The notes under the pieces: model-generated | The model's input: the letters and a program-made list of their open reading frames with translations, nothing else | The model's database searches: none | What the model was told of the DNA's origin: nothing | Assembly (NCBI GenBank): GCA_951406725.2 | Contig: OX597821.1 | Coordinates: 82,584,001-82,648,000 of the forward strand | DNA length: 64,000 nucleotides | From: Octopus vulgaris | Lineage: Eukaryota | Direction: 5' to 3' | Made by a program: the position numbers and the translations under genes | Part shown: in pieces, positions 1 through 17,799 of the stretch | How positions within the stretch are numbered: the stretch's first letter is position 1 | How the letters are laid out: every line of letters starts with the position of its first letter

Positions 1-92
1 TAAGCCCTGGGGTCGATTTGCTCGACTAAAGGCGGTGCTCCAGCATGGACGCAGTCACATGACTGAAACAAGTAAAAGAGTAAAGAGTAAGA
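1..92 (+). mobile_element. SINE family A 3' end
   Basis: GGGGTCGATTTGCTCGACTAAAGGCGGTGCTCCAGCATGG...GACTGAAACAAGTAAAAGAG. Confidence 0.8.
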
Positions 93-2219
93 GAATGTTA
101 TATAGACCTAATATGTAGATCTATATTATATAGATCTAGGTGAGGACACATGGCCTAGTAGTTAGGTGCTGCACTCATGATCACAAAGTCATGGTTTCAA
201 TTCCTAGACCAGGTGGTGCATAGTGTTCTTGAGCAAAACGCTTCACCTCACATTGCTCTGTGATCGCTTTAACACCTGATGTGTGGTACACCGTACACCT
301 GTTCCGGGAGTAAGCTAATGTGTGGCACACACATTTGATTGCTACAAACAAATCATTTGTGCAGGTCATTTGGCAAAAGCTGAACACTCATACATTATTA
401 TCTTCGATGGGAGCATCCATCATCTAGATCTGATGCAATTGTATATTACTAACATTACACTGTTCCATATACATTTATTGCACTCTATACTGCTAATAAC
501 AGTTATTAAACTATGTGGCATTAATATTACATTTGCCCTCTTGTACCTTGAGAGTGACTTCTGACAACTCATCACCACCACCACCATTTTCCACCTGGGG
601 TAGCTATGTATCTCTTCTATATCTTCCTATCCCTCTGTCATACTCCTGCCTCTCAACACCTAGACCAAGCTGCTGCCCTTAATACTACACACCACTCTAT
701 CAACAGGTCTTGACTTATGAGATACTTGGCAATCTCAATAGTGCTAGTGACATGAAAAAAAGCATGCAGTACACTCTGTAAAGTGGTTGGTATTAGGAAG
801 CTATAAAGTCTAGCTGACAAAACCATGCCATAAGAGACACTAGTGACTTATGCAGCCCTTTGACCTGCTGAAACCTATAAAACTGTCCAACCCATACAAT
901 AAGAAAACAAAATTATGGTAATGATTATGTATTATTTAGAGATATTGTACTATTTGCAACTAATAATATAATACTATTCAATATAGGTCTATAGTACTAG
1001 ATACAACTAATAACATTATTCCAAGATACTGTCCAACATCATATAATCCAAAATTGAAGGAGACTGGTGAGAGTCTGTATCAACATCATTACTAATAAAA
1101 TTCAAGAGTTTACAAGAGCCAATAACTTTGGTTGCTGTGGGTAGAAAGGAGAAAAAGTCATCGTTTTTAACAAAGGTTTTTTTTTTCAATTGAATCCTCA
1201 AATCAAGGCCAGCAGAAGTGTGTGAAGAAGTAATCATAAAGTATGAAAGATCAAGAGAATGAGGTGTGGGAGAAGCACTGATGGGAGAACAGTGTATAAG
1301 TGTGATCGATAGGGGGAAGGAGGACTGGAAATTTAAAGTTAACCTGTGAAGGGCACATAGACACAATTACGAAAAAAAAAAAGGGGGGGGGTGCAAGCCA
1401 GAGAAAACCAGGGCCACCTATTGTCTCCTTTTCTATGAAGTTCACCAACACCAATTTGATAGCAACTCACCAACTCGGCAAACAAAAGCTCATATTTCAT
1501 CCAGGAATCTTGAGACCTGGCAATAGGAATACTTGCACCAAGTCCTTCTCTCACCTGAAGTCTGTTCTTTTGGGGTTTTTTTGCTTTTTGTTTCTGTGTC
1601 CTTGTCACAGGTTAACTCACACTCCCCTACAGTCATTCTTCCAACTACCTATCACACCATCTCTCTCTCCATATATAAATCCTGTCACACTGTTACTTCA
1701 CTTCATATAGTTTTTGTTTGTAAATGTTTTAACTCTTTAGCATTCACGTTATTCTGTCAAATGTAATGCTTATGCATTCACATTATTTTGAACATCATTT
1801 TGCATTGTCTATTTGTGTTGAGATTTCAATGATGTGCTTGTTTATTTTTAGTATGACATTGTAGGGTAGGTGTGAGAGGTTGAAAATGGCCAGTCTGTAC
1901 AAAACAGATATGGTATTTGGGCTGGATATGCTAAAGGGTTAAAAGTTGCTCTTCAATGATTTAATTGCTTCTGTTATAACACATAGTTTCAGATCTTGTA
2001 GAAACTTATTGGTCAGGCAAGTGAGAGAAAATAAATTCTCACAGAATATTCAAGAGAGGCATCAGAAACTACACAGGAATGGGTAAATTAAAATTTTAGC
2101 GATCTTGTCAACAGTTTTACAATGTTCCTCAGAATTTACAGAACAATCAACAACCAAATTTCAAAAGAGTTTCTCTTCTAGAGAGAGATCCTTTTAAAAG
2201 TAAAAGGGGAAAGTAATAC

Positions 2220-2361
2220 CTTCTTTGGACATTCCCATCTTGAAACATTTCTGTAGACGGCAATATTGGCACCGGTTGCGGGAGGTTCGTACAATTTCAC
2301 AGTTTTTCATTTTAAGACATGAATAGTGCATATTCTTCTGAACACTGCGTCGGAAGAAGCC
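2220..2361 (-). CDS. RAR: Retinoic acid receptor (NR1B) exon: second half of DNA-binding domain (zinc finger 2)
   Basis: Reverse strand reads tttag|GGC TTC TTC CGA...TCC AAA GAA G|gtatt = [47 protein letters not shown], colinear with vertebrate RAR [21 protein letters not shown]...[20 protein letters not shown]. 142 nt, phase 0 to phase 1. Missed by the ORF track. Confidence 0.95.
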
Positions 2362-2564
2362 CTAAATGGTAAAGAAGTTGTAAACAGAAAAAAAATAATA
2401 ATAATGATCATTATATTGAAAATGTAAACTTTATATGAATTCTAAATATTGTCAAATCATGACAAATCTGTAGTCTCTTTCTTCAAATTAACTAACATAG
2501 TTAACACTACTCAACAATATACAGAATTATATTAGGGTTCACACTTAAATCGAAATCAAACTTG

Positions 2565-3017
2565 GTGACTGGCATCCGTTGCTAGTGGAGCGCTAAGAGT
2601 AACATACGAGTGAGATCATTGCCGGAGCAACAAGCTGGCCTCCGTGCTGATGGCATGTTAAAATCACCATTCGAGCGTGATTGTTACCTGCGTCGCCTTA
2701 CTAGCACTTGTGCTGGTGGCACGTGAAGAAAAAACATTCAAGCGAGATTGTTGCCAGTACCGCTGGACTGGCTCCTGTGCAGGTGGCACATAAAAAACAC
2801 CATTTGAGCATGGCCATTGCCAGTACCGCCTGACTGGTCCTCATGCCGATGGCACGTAAAAGCACCCACTATACTCTTGGAGTGGTTGGCTTAGGAAGGG
2901 CATCCAGCTGTAGAAACTCTGCCAGATCAGATTGGAGTCTGGTTTGCCAGACCTCAGTCAAATCGTCCAAACCATGCTAGCATGGAAAGCGGACGTTAAA
3001 CAATGATGATGATGATA
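2565..3017 (+). mobile_element. RTE 3' UTR/tail fragment
   Basis: GGCACGTAAAAGCACCCACT...GGAGTGGTTGGC..AGGAAGGGCATCCAG...CCATGCTAGCATGGAAAGCGGACGTTAAA(GAT)n, homologous to the 3' end of the full-length LINE. Confidence 0.8.
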
Positions 3018-3176
3018 TTCAAATGTACAAGACTGAGTGAGTAAGTGGATGGAGGAGTATTTGTTCTGTATATATGTACCTGTGTGTTGTATAGCACAGA
3101 CAAAAATCTTCTAAGTATTATCTATTCACAATCCATTTCCAAATTATTTTCAGTTTAATCATTGACCAATCCCACA

Positions 3177-3578
3177 TACTCTTTACTCTTTTATTAGTTT
3201 CAGTCATTTGACTGTGGCCATGCTGGAACACCGCCTTTAATCGAGCAACTCGACCCCGGGACTTATTCTTTTCTAAGCCCAGTACTTATTCTATCGGTCT
3301 CCTTTGCCGAACCGCTAAGTAACGGGGACATAAACACACCAGCATCAGTTGTCAAGCAATGCTAGGGGGACAAACACAGACACACAAACACACACACACA
3401 TATATATATATATATAGATATATACATATATACGACGGGCTTCTTTCAGTTTCCATCTACCAAATCCACTCACAAGGCTATAGCAGAAGACACTTGCCCA
3501 AGATGCCACACAGTGGGACTGAACCCGGAACCATGTGGTTGGTTAGCAAGCTACTTACCACACAGCCACTCCTGCGCC
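3177..3578 (-). mobile_element. SINE family A
   Basis: Reverse complement of the 37937 copy from head to tail. Confidence 0.85.
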
Positions 3579-4141
3579 TACATAGATCATTAGAGCAAAA
3601 TCTTATACCCAAAATGAATTTTCTTCTTTCTTTTTCAATCGAACTTTATACTTTTCTTTTTTGTCATAACCTTCCATCTATCCATCGAATGTCCTGTATG
3701 TTTCCTGTTCTATGTATATATCTCACTATATCTATCATTATCTACAAAAAAACCTAGCTGTCTTTTTATCTAGATATCCTTGTATCTTAACAATTCCTGT
3801 ATCTATCTATCTATCTATCTATCCTACCTACTTTCACCTAAAACTCGTTTTCAATAACAAAAAACATGTCTTTATGATGTTGTTATATCAAGCTATCCGT
3901 CTGTCTTTTCATTTATAACCCTATACTTATTCTTCCAACACCTTTCTTAACTACTTTCAGTAAAAACTATAGCCTCTCCTAACCCTGTCTCCACTTGACT
4001 CCATTAGTTATAAATAAGACTTTGACCATCCCAGTACACAAGAAAGAATCAGAACTAGTCTTGTGAGTCATTTATTTACTGGGCATAAATATACATACAT
4101 ACGTGTGTGTGTATACATGCATATACATGTGTGTGTGTGTG

Positions 4142-9066
<4,925 letters not shown>

Positions 9067-9135
9067 ATAATAATATGATGGAAAAATTCAATTTAGAAAT
9101 ACTAAATTGAATTGATAAAAGGTGGGTTTTTTCAA

Positions 9136-9165
<30 letters not shown>

Positions 9166-9169
<4 letters not shown>

Positions 9170-10272
9170 AGTTGGATGTGCAATGTCAGTGTCCATGCAC
9201 AACAGTGTAAGCGTCCTGAAAGAAATGTTGGACATAAGAAGCATCGGATGTGGCATGCAGGAGAGACATTTGCGTTGGTATGGTCATGTACTACAGATGG
9301 ATGAGGAGAGATGTGTGAAGAAGTGCCATTCCCAAACTGTTAAAGGAGACTGGGGTAGAGGTACACCCAGGAAGACATGGGATGAGGTGGTCAAACATGA
9401 CCTTCGTATGTGGGGCCTCACAGAGGCTATGACGAAAGACGGAGATCTCTGGAGGTATGCTGTGACTGCGAAGACCCGACAAATGCAGTGAGTTCATGGT
9501 TTGCAGGACAGCCTGCTGCGCTAACCTTGGATCATAGGGCGACCTGCTGTGCTTGAGGAGACCTATTGAGTGAAGTACATCATCATCATCATCATTTAAC
9601 ATCCGCTTTCCATGCTAGCATGGGTTGGACGATTTGACTGAGTTTCTACAGCTGGATGCCCCTCCTAATGCCAATCAAAATAAAAATCCAATGGATATCG
9701 TAGTTGTGATATCCGTGCCGGTGGCCTGTTGGGCCTCACAATGGAAATGACGAAAGACTGAGACCCCTGAGATATGCTTTGACTGTAATGACCCGATAAA
9801 TGAAGTGAGTTCCTGGCTCGCAGGACGGCCTGCTGTGCTAACCTTGGATTGTAGAGTGACCTGTTGTGCTTGAGGAGACCTATTGAGTCAAGTACATCAA
9901 CACCAACATCAAAATAAAAATCAAATGGAAATTGTAGTTATGATACCCGTGCCGGTGGCATATAAGAAGCACCATCTGAATGTGGCTGATGCTAGCACCA
10001 CCTGACTGTCATCCATGTTGGTGACACGTAAAAAGCACCAACCAATCGTGGCCGTTTGCCAGCCCCCTCTGGCCCCTGTGCCAGTGGCACATAAAAAACA
10101 CCCACTACACTCTTGGAGTGGTTGGCGTTAGGAAGGGCATCCAGCCGTAGAAACACTGCCAGATCAGATTGGAGCGTGGCGCAGCCTCCTGGCATCCCAG
10201 ACCCCATCCAACCCATGCTAGCATGGAAAACAGATGTTGAACGATGATGATGATGATGATGATGATGATGAT
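9166..10272 (+). mobile_element. 5'-truncated RTE LINE (second subfamily) with reiterated ORF-end/UTR block and a nested inverted tail (about 9580-9675)
   Basis: ORF 9183..9491 matches the LINE C-terminus ([11 protein letters not shown]...RKTWDEVVKHDLR); starts right after (TA)n and ends in (GAT)n. Confidence 0.85.
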
Positions 10273-10274
10273 AT

Positions 10275-10443
10275 GGTAGGCGACTAAGAAGTTTGCTATT
10301 AAACCACATAGTTTCAGGTTCAGTCCCATGGAGTGGAACCTTAAACAAGTGCTTTGTACTATACTCCTGGACCAACTAATGCTTGATGAATAACTTTGGT
10401 AGGCAGAAACTGTATAGAAGCCCATCGTTTCTTCGTCTGTATG

Positions 10444-10511
<68 letters not shown>

Positions 10512-10645
10512 TATGTTCTTGACAAAAAAGGCTGAGAGATAAGTACCAGACTTAAAAAACTGGGTGGGAGGGGTATATTTTTCAATTAAACCCTACAGTG
10601 CAGTACCCTTAGTAAGGCTGCAGTGTAATGGCAAACAAGAAAACT
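10275..10645 (+). mobile_element. SINE family A, diverged, with (GT)n expansion
   Basis: AAGAAGTTTGCT..AACCACATAGTTTCAGGTTCAGTCCCA head; GATAAGTACCAGACTT core. Confidence 0.6.
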
Positions 10646-10854
10646 ATAAATGCATATATATATATATATATATACACACCTTTCAATTCAACACATCATA
10701 GAGTTGGAAAAAGGAGTAAAAGCTAATCAAAATAATGGCAAGAAAAACATGCAAACAAAAGCAATACTCTGAATAAGGATACAGGAGTAGAGGAATTGAA
10801 AAGAATGTAACATCCACATGACATAGTAAATGCAGAAGCAGTGACAATCATTAC

Positions 10855-11027
10855 CTTACAACCTTCACAGGAGCTGACACCATAGTGATATCCTGATGAT
10901 TTATCATTACAGACAACACAAGGTTTATAAATACGAGGGGCCAGTGGTGGAGAAGATGATGGCTTGTTGGCCATACCACCAACAGCACCACCATTGTCAA
11001 AGCGGTGCCGGGTTTCATAAATTGATC
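10855..11027 (-). CDS. RAR: RAR exon: proline-rich B region plus zinc finger 1/P-box
   Basis: ttttctttgcag-type acceptor then GA TCA ATT...TGT AAG|gtaatg; encodes (G)[57 protein letters not shown], matching the RAR signature [28 protein letters not shown]. 173 nt, phase 1 to phase 0, joins 2361 in frame. Confidence 0.96.
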
Positions 11028-11196
11028 CTGCAAAAGAAAAACCAGTGTAATAATGACATATTATACCCCAAGAGTAACAAAAATTCAAAACATTAAAACA
11101 CACTGGCAAAGATGTAATTTACAATATTCATGTATTAAAATATAATTCACATAGACATGCAACACATATATATGCAAATGTACATACTATATTCAT

Positions 11197-11586
11197 ATGT
11201 GCCGGTGGCACGTAAAAAGCACCATCCGATCGTGGCCGTTGCCAGCCTTGCCTGGTCCCCGTGCCGGTGGCACGTAAAAAGCACCACCCGACCGTGTCCG
11301 TTGCCAGCGCTGCCCCGGCTGGCCCCCGTGCCGGTGGCACATAAAAAGCACCATCCGATCGTGCCCGTTGCCAGCCTTGCCTGGTCCCCGTGCTGGTGGC
11401 ACGTAAAAAGCACCCACTACACTCACAGAGTGGTTGGCGTTAGGAAGGACATCCAGCTGTAGAAACACTGCCAGATCAGACTGGGCCTGGTGCAGCCTTC
11501 TGGCTTCCCAGACCCCAGTTGAACCGTCCAACCCATGCTAGCATGGAAAGTGGACGCTAAACGATGATGATGATGATGATGATGAT
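11197..11586 (+). mobile_element. RTE 3' tail with four tandem units of about 62 bp
   Basis: GTGCCGGTGGCACGTAAAAAGCACC unit at about 11199, 11261, 11328 and 11390, then the conserved tail and (GAT)n. Confidence 0.85.
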
Positions 11587-12364
11587 ATACAGATATACTG
11601 CATGCACACTTACATGCATGGAAGAAATACACACGTTTGTACTAGAATTCCTATTTTGCTTTCCGTCTAGGAACATTAGTTTCATCAATCTCAGGGTTTA
11701 CAAAACCATGGATTATGTCCTTTCCAGCAGAAAGAACGCATAGTGTGTGTGTGTGTGTGTGTGTGTGAGTGAGTGAGTGAGAGAATAGTTTACTGTTCCA
11801 TTCATTTAATGTACATTGTATAAAGATAGAGCTACTAATAGTTACTGGTTATGAAGACCCGAATCTACATAGATTTCTTTAGCATGCCTTGTGTCTCCCA
11901 GCCTGAAGATTGCTTGGAGACACAAGATTTTGAGTGGATAAGTATCAGTGGTGTAAGGAGGAAACACTTACACACATGGGCAACTGCATGTCTTGCTTAA
12001 AGAATCTTACCTAGATGCACAAATATGTGCAGTGCAGGTTCAGCATTGACTTATAGAAGGCCCACTATGTATGTTTAGTGTTGGCTGTTGGAAAAAAGAA
12101 GTACTCAATACCATAGCTGAGATTAATAATGTGTTATTTGGGACAAATCCGTCAGTTGCTACTCTGAGTTTGACTTGTGGGTGCGCAGGGTCTCCAGGTG
12201 GTGCCACATAAAAGTGTTCATGCCAGTGCCACTTTAAAAAAGTACCCAGCATACACTGTAAAGTGGTGGGTGTTAGGAAGGGCATCAGGCTGTAGAAACT
12301 AAGCCAAATCAGACTGGAGCCTGGTGCAGCTCTCTGGCTTTTCCATGCTGGCATAGGTAGGACA

Positions 12365-12614
12365 GTCAAACCCAAGCATTTATTTTTGTAAACTTGGTAC
12401 TTACTATATTGGTCTCTTTTGCCAGCTAGTAAGTTATAGGCACACACACAGACACAAGCTTCCCTCAGTTTCCTTATACCAAATCCACTCACAAGGCTCT
12501 GTTCAGACCAAGGCTACAGCAGAAGACACCTATCCTAAGTACAACACTGTGGGACTGAATTTGGAACCATGTGGTTGAAAAGCAAACTTTTCACCACACA
12601 GCCACACTTGTGCC
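12365..12614 (-). mobile_element. SINE family A, diverged
   Basis: TGTGGGACTGAA..GGAACCATGTGGTTG...CCACACAGCCAC head (reverse); CCAAATCCACTCACAAGGCT. Confidence 0.7.
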
Positions 12615-12615
12615 T

Positions 12616-12654
<39 letters not shown>

Positions 12655-12657
<3 letters not shown>

Positions 12658-14180
12658 TGGCGAAAATAAATTTAAGACCAATGATAAAAGTTCTGTTTCT
12701 TACAAAATATTTTGTCACTAACACCATACAAATTATTCTTAACTTTTACATCTTATGCAGAATTTATTTCTCTTTTGAATGATGCAGACAATAACTATTT
12801 TTTTACAACTTGAAGAATTCTAATGCTAAATTAATATAAACATTTCAAATTTACCAGCAAAATTAGTTTAAGACCATGTAATATGTATGCAAATTTTTTT
12901 GCCAAAATGCGTAGCCACACAACTAACCTAACTGCAATATACATATAGTGTTATAATTTAACGTAATTATACAATTGATTAATAATGGGAAAACAACATA
13001 GCCTCAGTCCAGTCAAGAGAGCAAAAATCGTATTACTCCACCAGCAAAAAGTTTCCATTTCAAACATCAGCAAGCAACTAAAGTGCAGTAAAACGGCTTG
13101 CGTGCAAGCATGGAAGTTATACTCGGAGACTGGTTAATATAAAGATCAGCAATGGACTGGCCCCAAGAAAAACGACGGCGCTGTTGGGCCATCAAATACA
13201 CCGACTTTCAGAAGGCAACCGAATGCTGGCAGTCATTGACATTTGTAAACAATTATCCAACGAGAATGGTGTTCTTTTTACACCACAAACCGCCCGCATC
13301 CATTTGAGAGAATTTGGACCACATGGATAAATCGCTAGGAAAAAGCCAATAATATCTGAAAGAAATCAACTTAAATGCCTTAATTTTGCAAAAAGCCATG
13401 CTCAATGAACTGCCAAAGATTGGTGCAGGATCCTTTGGAGTGATGAGTCACACTTCTGTATATTTGGATCAGATGGTAAAACATACATCAGACGTCGCCC
13501 AACCGAGCAATTCCATCTGAAATGCGTGAAAAAGACGGCGCAAGCAGGGGGTGGGAGTGTGATGGTGTGGGTGGCATTTAGTAGCTTTGGTGTTGGCCCT
13601 CTAGTTAAAGTTGATGGAAAGCAAAATAGTGTAGGTTATAAGAACCTACTAAAGGATAACGTTGTGCCATATTTGACTCACCAAATGCCTCCGGGGGCTA
13701 TTTATCAGCAGGACAATAGTCCTGTGCACAAAGCCAAAAACGTTATGGAATTTTTTGATCACCGTAATACTTTGTGGAATTATGTTTCCAAAAATGTCCA
13801 TGCTAAAAAACCATCTACTCTAAAACAATTATATCAATGAAATATGGCAAAACATTCCCATAGAATTTTGTAATCACTTAGCAAATTCAATGCCGAGGCG
13901 TTGCTCAGAGGTTATTAAGAATGAAGGCTACGGCACAAAGTGCTAATATGTATTTCATTCATCTTAAACTAATTTTGCTGGTAAATTTGAAACATTTCTA
14001 TTAATTTAGCATTAGAATTCTTCAAGTTGTATAAAAATAGTTATTGCTGCATCATTTGAAAGTGAAATAAATTCTGCATAAGGTGTAAAAAGATAAAAAT
14101 AATTTGTATGGTGTTAGTAACAAAATATTTTGTAAGAAACAGAACTTTTATCATCAGTCTTAAATTTATTTTCGCCTGTG
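12655..14180 (+). mobile_element. Tc1-family DNA transposon with IR/DR-type TIRs of about 220 bp; defective transposase
   Basis: TA|CACTGGCGAAAATAAATTTAAGAC...GTCTTAAATTTATTTTCGCCTGTG|TA. TIRs 12655-about 12875 and about 13962-14180. TA target duplication. Confidence 0.92.
12984..13947 (+). pseudogene. Tc1-like DDE transposase pseudogene
   Basis: Motifs ILWSDESHF, VMVWVAFS, YQQDNSPVHKA; stops and frameshifts; the WPxxSPDLNPIE segment is deleted. Confidence 0.85.
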
Positions 14181-14362
14181 TATATGTGTGTGTGTGTGTG
14201 TATAAAATATATATGAGTGTGTGTATATTGCAACCATGTGGTTTGAGTTTTGTCTCACTGCATAGTGCCTTGGACAAGTGTCTTCTACTATCACCCTGGA
14301 ATGATGAAAGCCGAGTGAGTGAATTTATTAAGTGGATAGAAACTGTGTGAAAGCTCATGCAT

Positions 14363-14405
<43 letters not shown>

Positions 14406-15078
14406 TAACATGAGTGTGTGTGTGTGTGTGCATGTGATGGAGGGAAGACTTGAAAGAGACAAATAGCATGTGTTATTGTAAATGAGCATGTGAAATTATA
14501 GGGTAGTGTGTGTATGTTTAAAGATGTGAGTGTGTGTGTGTGTGTGTTTTCCAGTGTATTATACAGAAGAGATTATTATTATTAATGGTTATGAAATTTC
14601 TAGAATATCTGAATAAGTGGTAGTAGAGGGAGAGTGGAATGGTACAGCCTGTTCCCCTTTTTTTTATCAATAAACAGGTAAGGGAAGGATCTGGAACAGT
14701 GTATGGGGTCAAGGTGAGAGAGGAGTGAAATTAAGGAGCAGGCAGATCTCCACCTCCATCTAACAGTGGAGAGATAAGGGGAAGAGAAAGGATTATGTAG
14801 AGAAATACATGAGAGAGAGAGGAGGGGTTTAACTTATTTATTTATTTAAGATAAGACATAGAAATAAGGGTGTATAGATGTAGGGGTGGTGTAGGTGAGA
14901 AGAGGTGGGTGGAAAGGTTTATTTCATGACCAAATGCACTGATTAACACTGTAAATGCCAGAGGTAGGTTGGTAGGTAAGTCGGTAGAAAGTAACAAGAG
15001 CCGACCCTTAATAGGTGTTTACTGAATAGTAGAAAAGCACACCACAAAAACAAAAAATTTAACCACACACACAAAACA

Positions 15079-15137
<59 letters not shown>

Positions 15138-15210
15138 ATGTGATTGTATTAATATGTGTGTCTAAATGTTATGTATCTATGCTTGTGTTAGTGTGTGTTA
15201 GTATGTGTTA

Positions 15211-15244
<34 letters not shown>

Positions 15245-17135
15245 ATGGTCCAATAGTAGTGGTAGTAGCAGTAGCACTTACATGTATGCCTACATATACA
15301 CATAGGCACTTCTGGGAGAAGAAGAGCCGGTAAAGAAAGAAAGAAACTGAGCAATATGAGGTGTGTGTGTAGGTGGAGGGTGGCCCTCTCAAGCTCCACC
15401 CCCCTACTCTCTCTCTTTTTCTCTCTCACACATTAAATCATACATGCACATACACATGCTCACTCACAAAAGACCTAGTTTACTCCCCTAATCTAGGACA
15501 TCAGTTAAGGCAGTTAAGAGAGAGAGGAGTGGTGGATGAGATGCTATGAATACAGAACTCTTTTCCACACAGCAGGAGGGGTGCAAAGGGGGGAAGAGAT
15601 AGAAATTTAAGTGTGTAAGTGCATGTTTATAAGCTACTAATGTATGTTTATTATTTTTTGCTTGTGTGTGTGTGTGTGTGTGTGAGTGCACATACATTTC
15701 AATTACACTTACATACCACTTTTTGTAGCATAAACGGAAAGTAATGTGCATATATGTGTGTGTGTGAGTGTGCATTTGTGGGTACATGTATGAAACAATT
15801 TTATGGATTGTGTAAGTGTGTATGTGAAATTCTCACATATATGTGTGAATGAAAATCCATTATATGTGTGTGTGTTTGAAGAACTAATGCATATATATAC
15901 ATATATATATACATATATATACATATATATGGGGAGAATTCACGAAGACAGGTGGTGTAGACAACAAACAGATGTATAAGTATAACGTTTGGGAAGTGAA
16001 AAAGTTTTTAACGTTTCGAGCCTACGCTCTTCCACAGAAAGGAACACAGAAAGAAACAAGGAGAGAAAATAAAAGAATGTGTAGTGGCTAGAGAGAGAGA
16101 GAAAGAGATGTCTGAATGTGTGCAGGAGAACTTTTGTGCGAAGGGAGATGCAGTGATTCATTGTCAAATTCATTTCCCAAAGTATATTTCAAGAAATTCT
16201 GAATACAAATATATCAACATAAAAAAATACGGAAAACAAATGTATACAGACCCTAAAAACACACAATACAAATATTTGAATATATAATAAAAAAAAAAAA
16301 AACAGAAACTAATATATGCACAAAAAAGAAAAAAATATAGACAAAATAAATTATAAATATATACACATAAAATACTATACAATGTAAATATAGCCGTATA
16401 AAATACACATATAATATACACAAAATTCACAATACAAATATAAATATAAAATATACAACAAAAATATTATATGTATAAAATAAATATATACCAAGAGAAT
16501 ATATAAGATTCAAAAACACACATAAAACAAAATCTATTCACATTACAAATACATCATAAGCACTAAAGAAACCATAAATATTAAGACAGAGTGAGAGGAG
16601 GGGTTGAGAGAAAGGCGTGACGACAATGATAACAACAACAACAAATATTTTGAAATTATATCAACCAAAGAAATATTTGCAGAGATAATTCAGCCTCTCT
16701 CTCTAACCACAAACAACAGAGAGAGAGAGAGAGTGGGAGATAGTGGGAGATAGAGGGAGAGAGAGAGAGAAGTAAGAGTGGGGACAGGAAGAAGGGGAGA
16801 AAGAATACAAGAAATGGATAGGGACAGAGATAGGAAGATATGGGTAGTGAGCTATGAGATATGAAGAAAGGATCGGGGGGGGGGAGAAAAAGACAGAGAG
16901 AAAAAGACAGATCTACATCAATCAAGCTATTCCAGAAAAAACTTCAACTGCAAATATCCTCCTTAGTTATTCATTCATTTTGCTACAGAGGCAAAGAAGA
17001 ATTCCAGAGAATTCCATAGAATCTTGCAGTTGAAAAGAAACCAAACAACTCAATTCAACAAGATTAAGGCTGACTGACCAGCAATGGAGGAGGATTGGAA
17101 GAGGGGGAACAGTTGACTACACAACAGCTACTCAA

Positions 17136-17139
<4 letters not shown>

Positions 17140-17200
<61 letters not shown>
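17140..17200. repeat. (GA)n microsatellite
   Basis: About 30 GA units. Confidence 0.95.
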
Positions 17201-17456
17201 TGAGGGCTAATGTGGAGACAAGAGAATGTTTAATTGAAATAAATCTCCACAGTTTAATTGAAATGTTTTAAAGAAAATTATTTTGAAGACAGAATTTAAG
17301 TGAATCTTTACACATTCACTAAAATGTGTAAATCTAATTTCATTGGAATTAAACAGTTTTATGTGAAAATGTTAGTAAAATATGTGCGAAAATAGAAATC
17401 ACTATCATTATTCTATGAGAATGTTGATTAAAGAAAATATTGTTATTATTTATGTT

Positions 17457-17508
<52 letters not shown>

Positions 17509-17799
17509 ATATATACATACACATACATATATATATAGTGTAATAAATAAAATATATGCATACATACGTACATATATGTACGTACCTACATCTACATGTA
17601 TATATACATGCATATATAAATATATATACGTGAGTACAGGACACCACAAATAGACGTAGAACTCAATGAGAAACGAAAACGGAAAAACAAGCATGGAACA
17701 AACCATTTTTTTACAACAGAAAAACAGAGTACAAGACAAACTACACAAGGAAAAATCCCCTTCATTAGCTGTCCCTAGTTCAACTCCAGCGTGTTTCGA

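Noticed and set aside
1016-1766. ORFs as RAR hinge or ligand-binding exons
   Set aside because: No AVRNDR T-box or LBD signature; the next exon must lie left of the window.
11197-11415. CRISPR-like repeat-spacer appearance
   Set aside because: The linkers are related to each other, the unit is part of the RTE 3' UTR, the context is eukaryotic and there are no cas genes.
15208-15429. ORF as an alternative coding first exon
   Set aside because: Its GTAAGT donor falls after a phase-1 T, which would create TGA on joining exon 11027.
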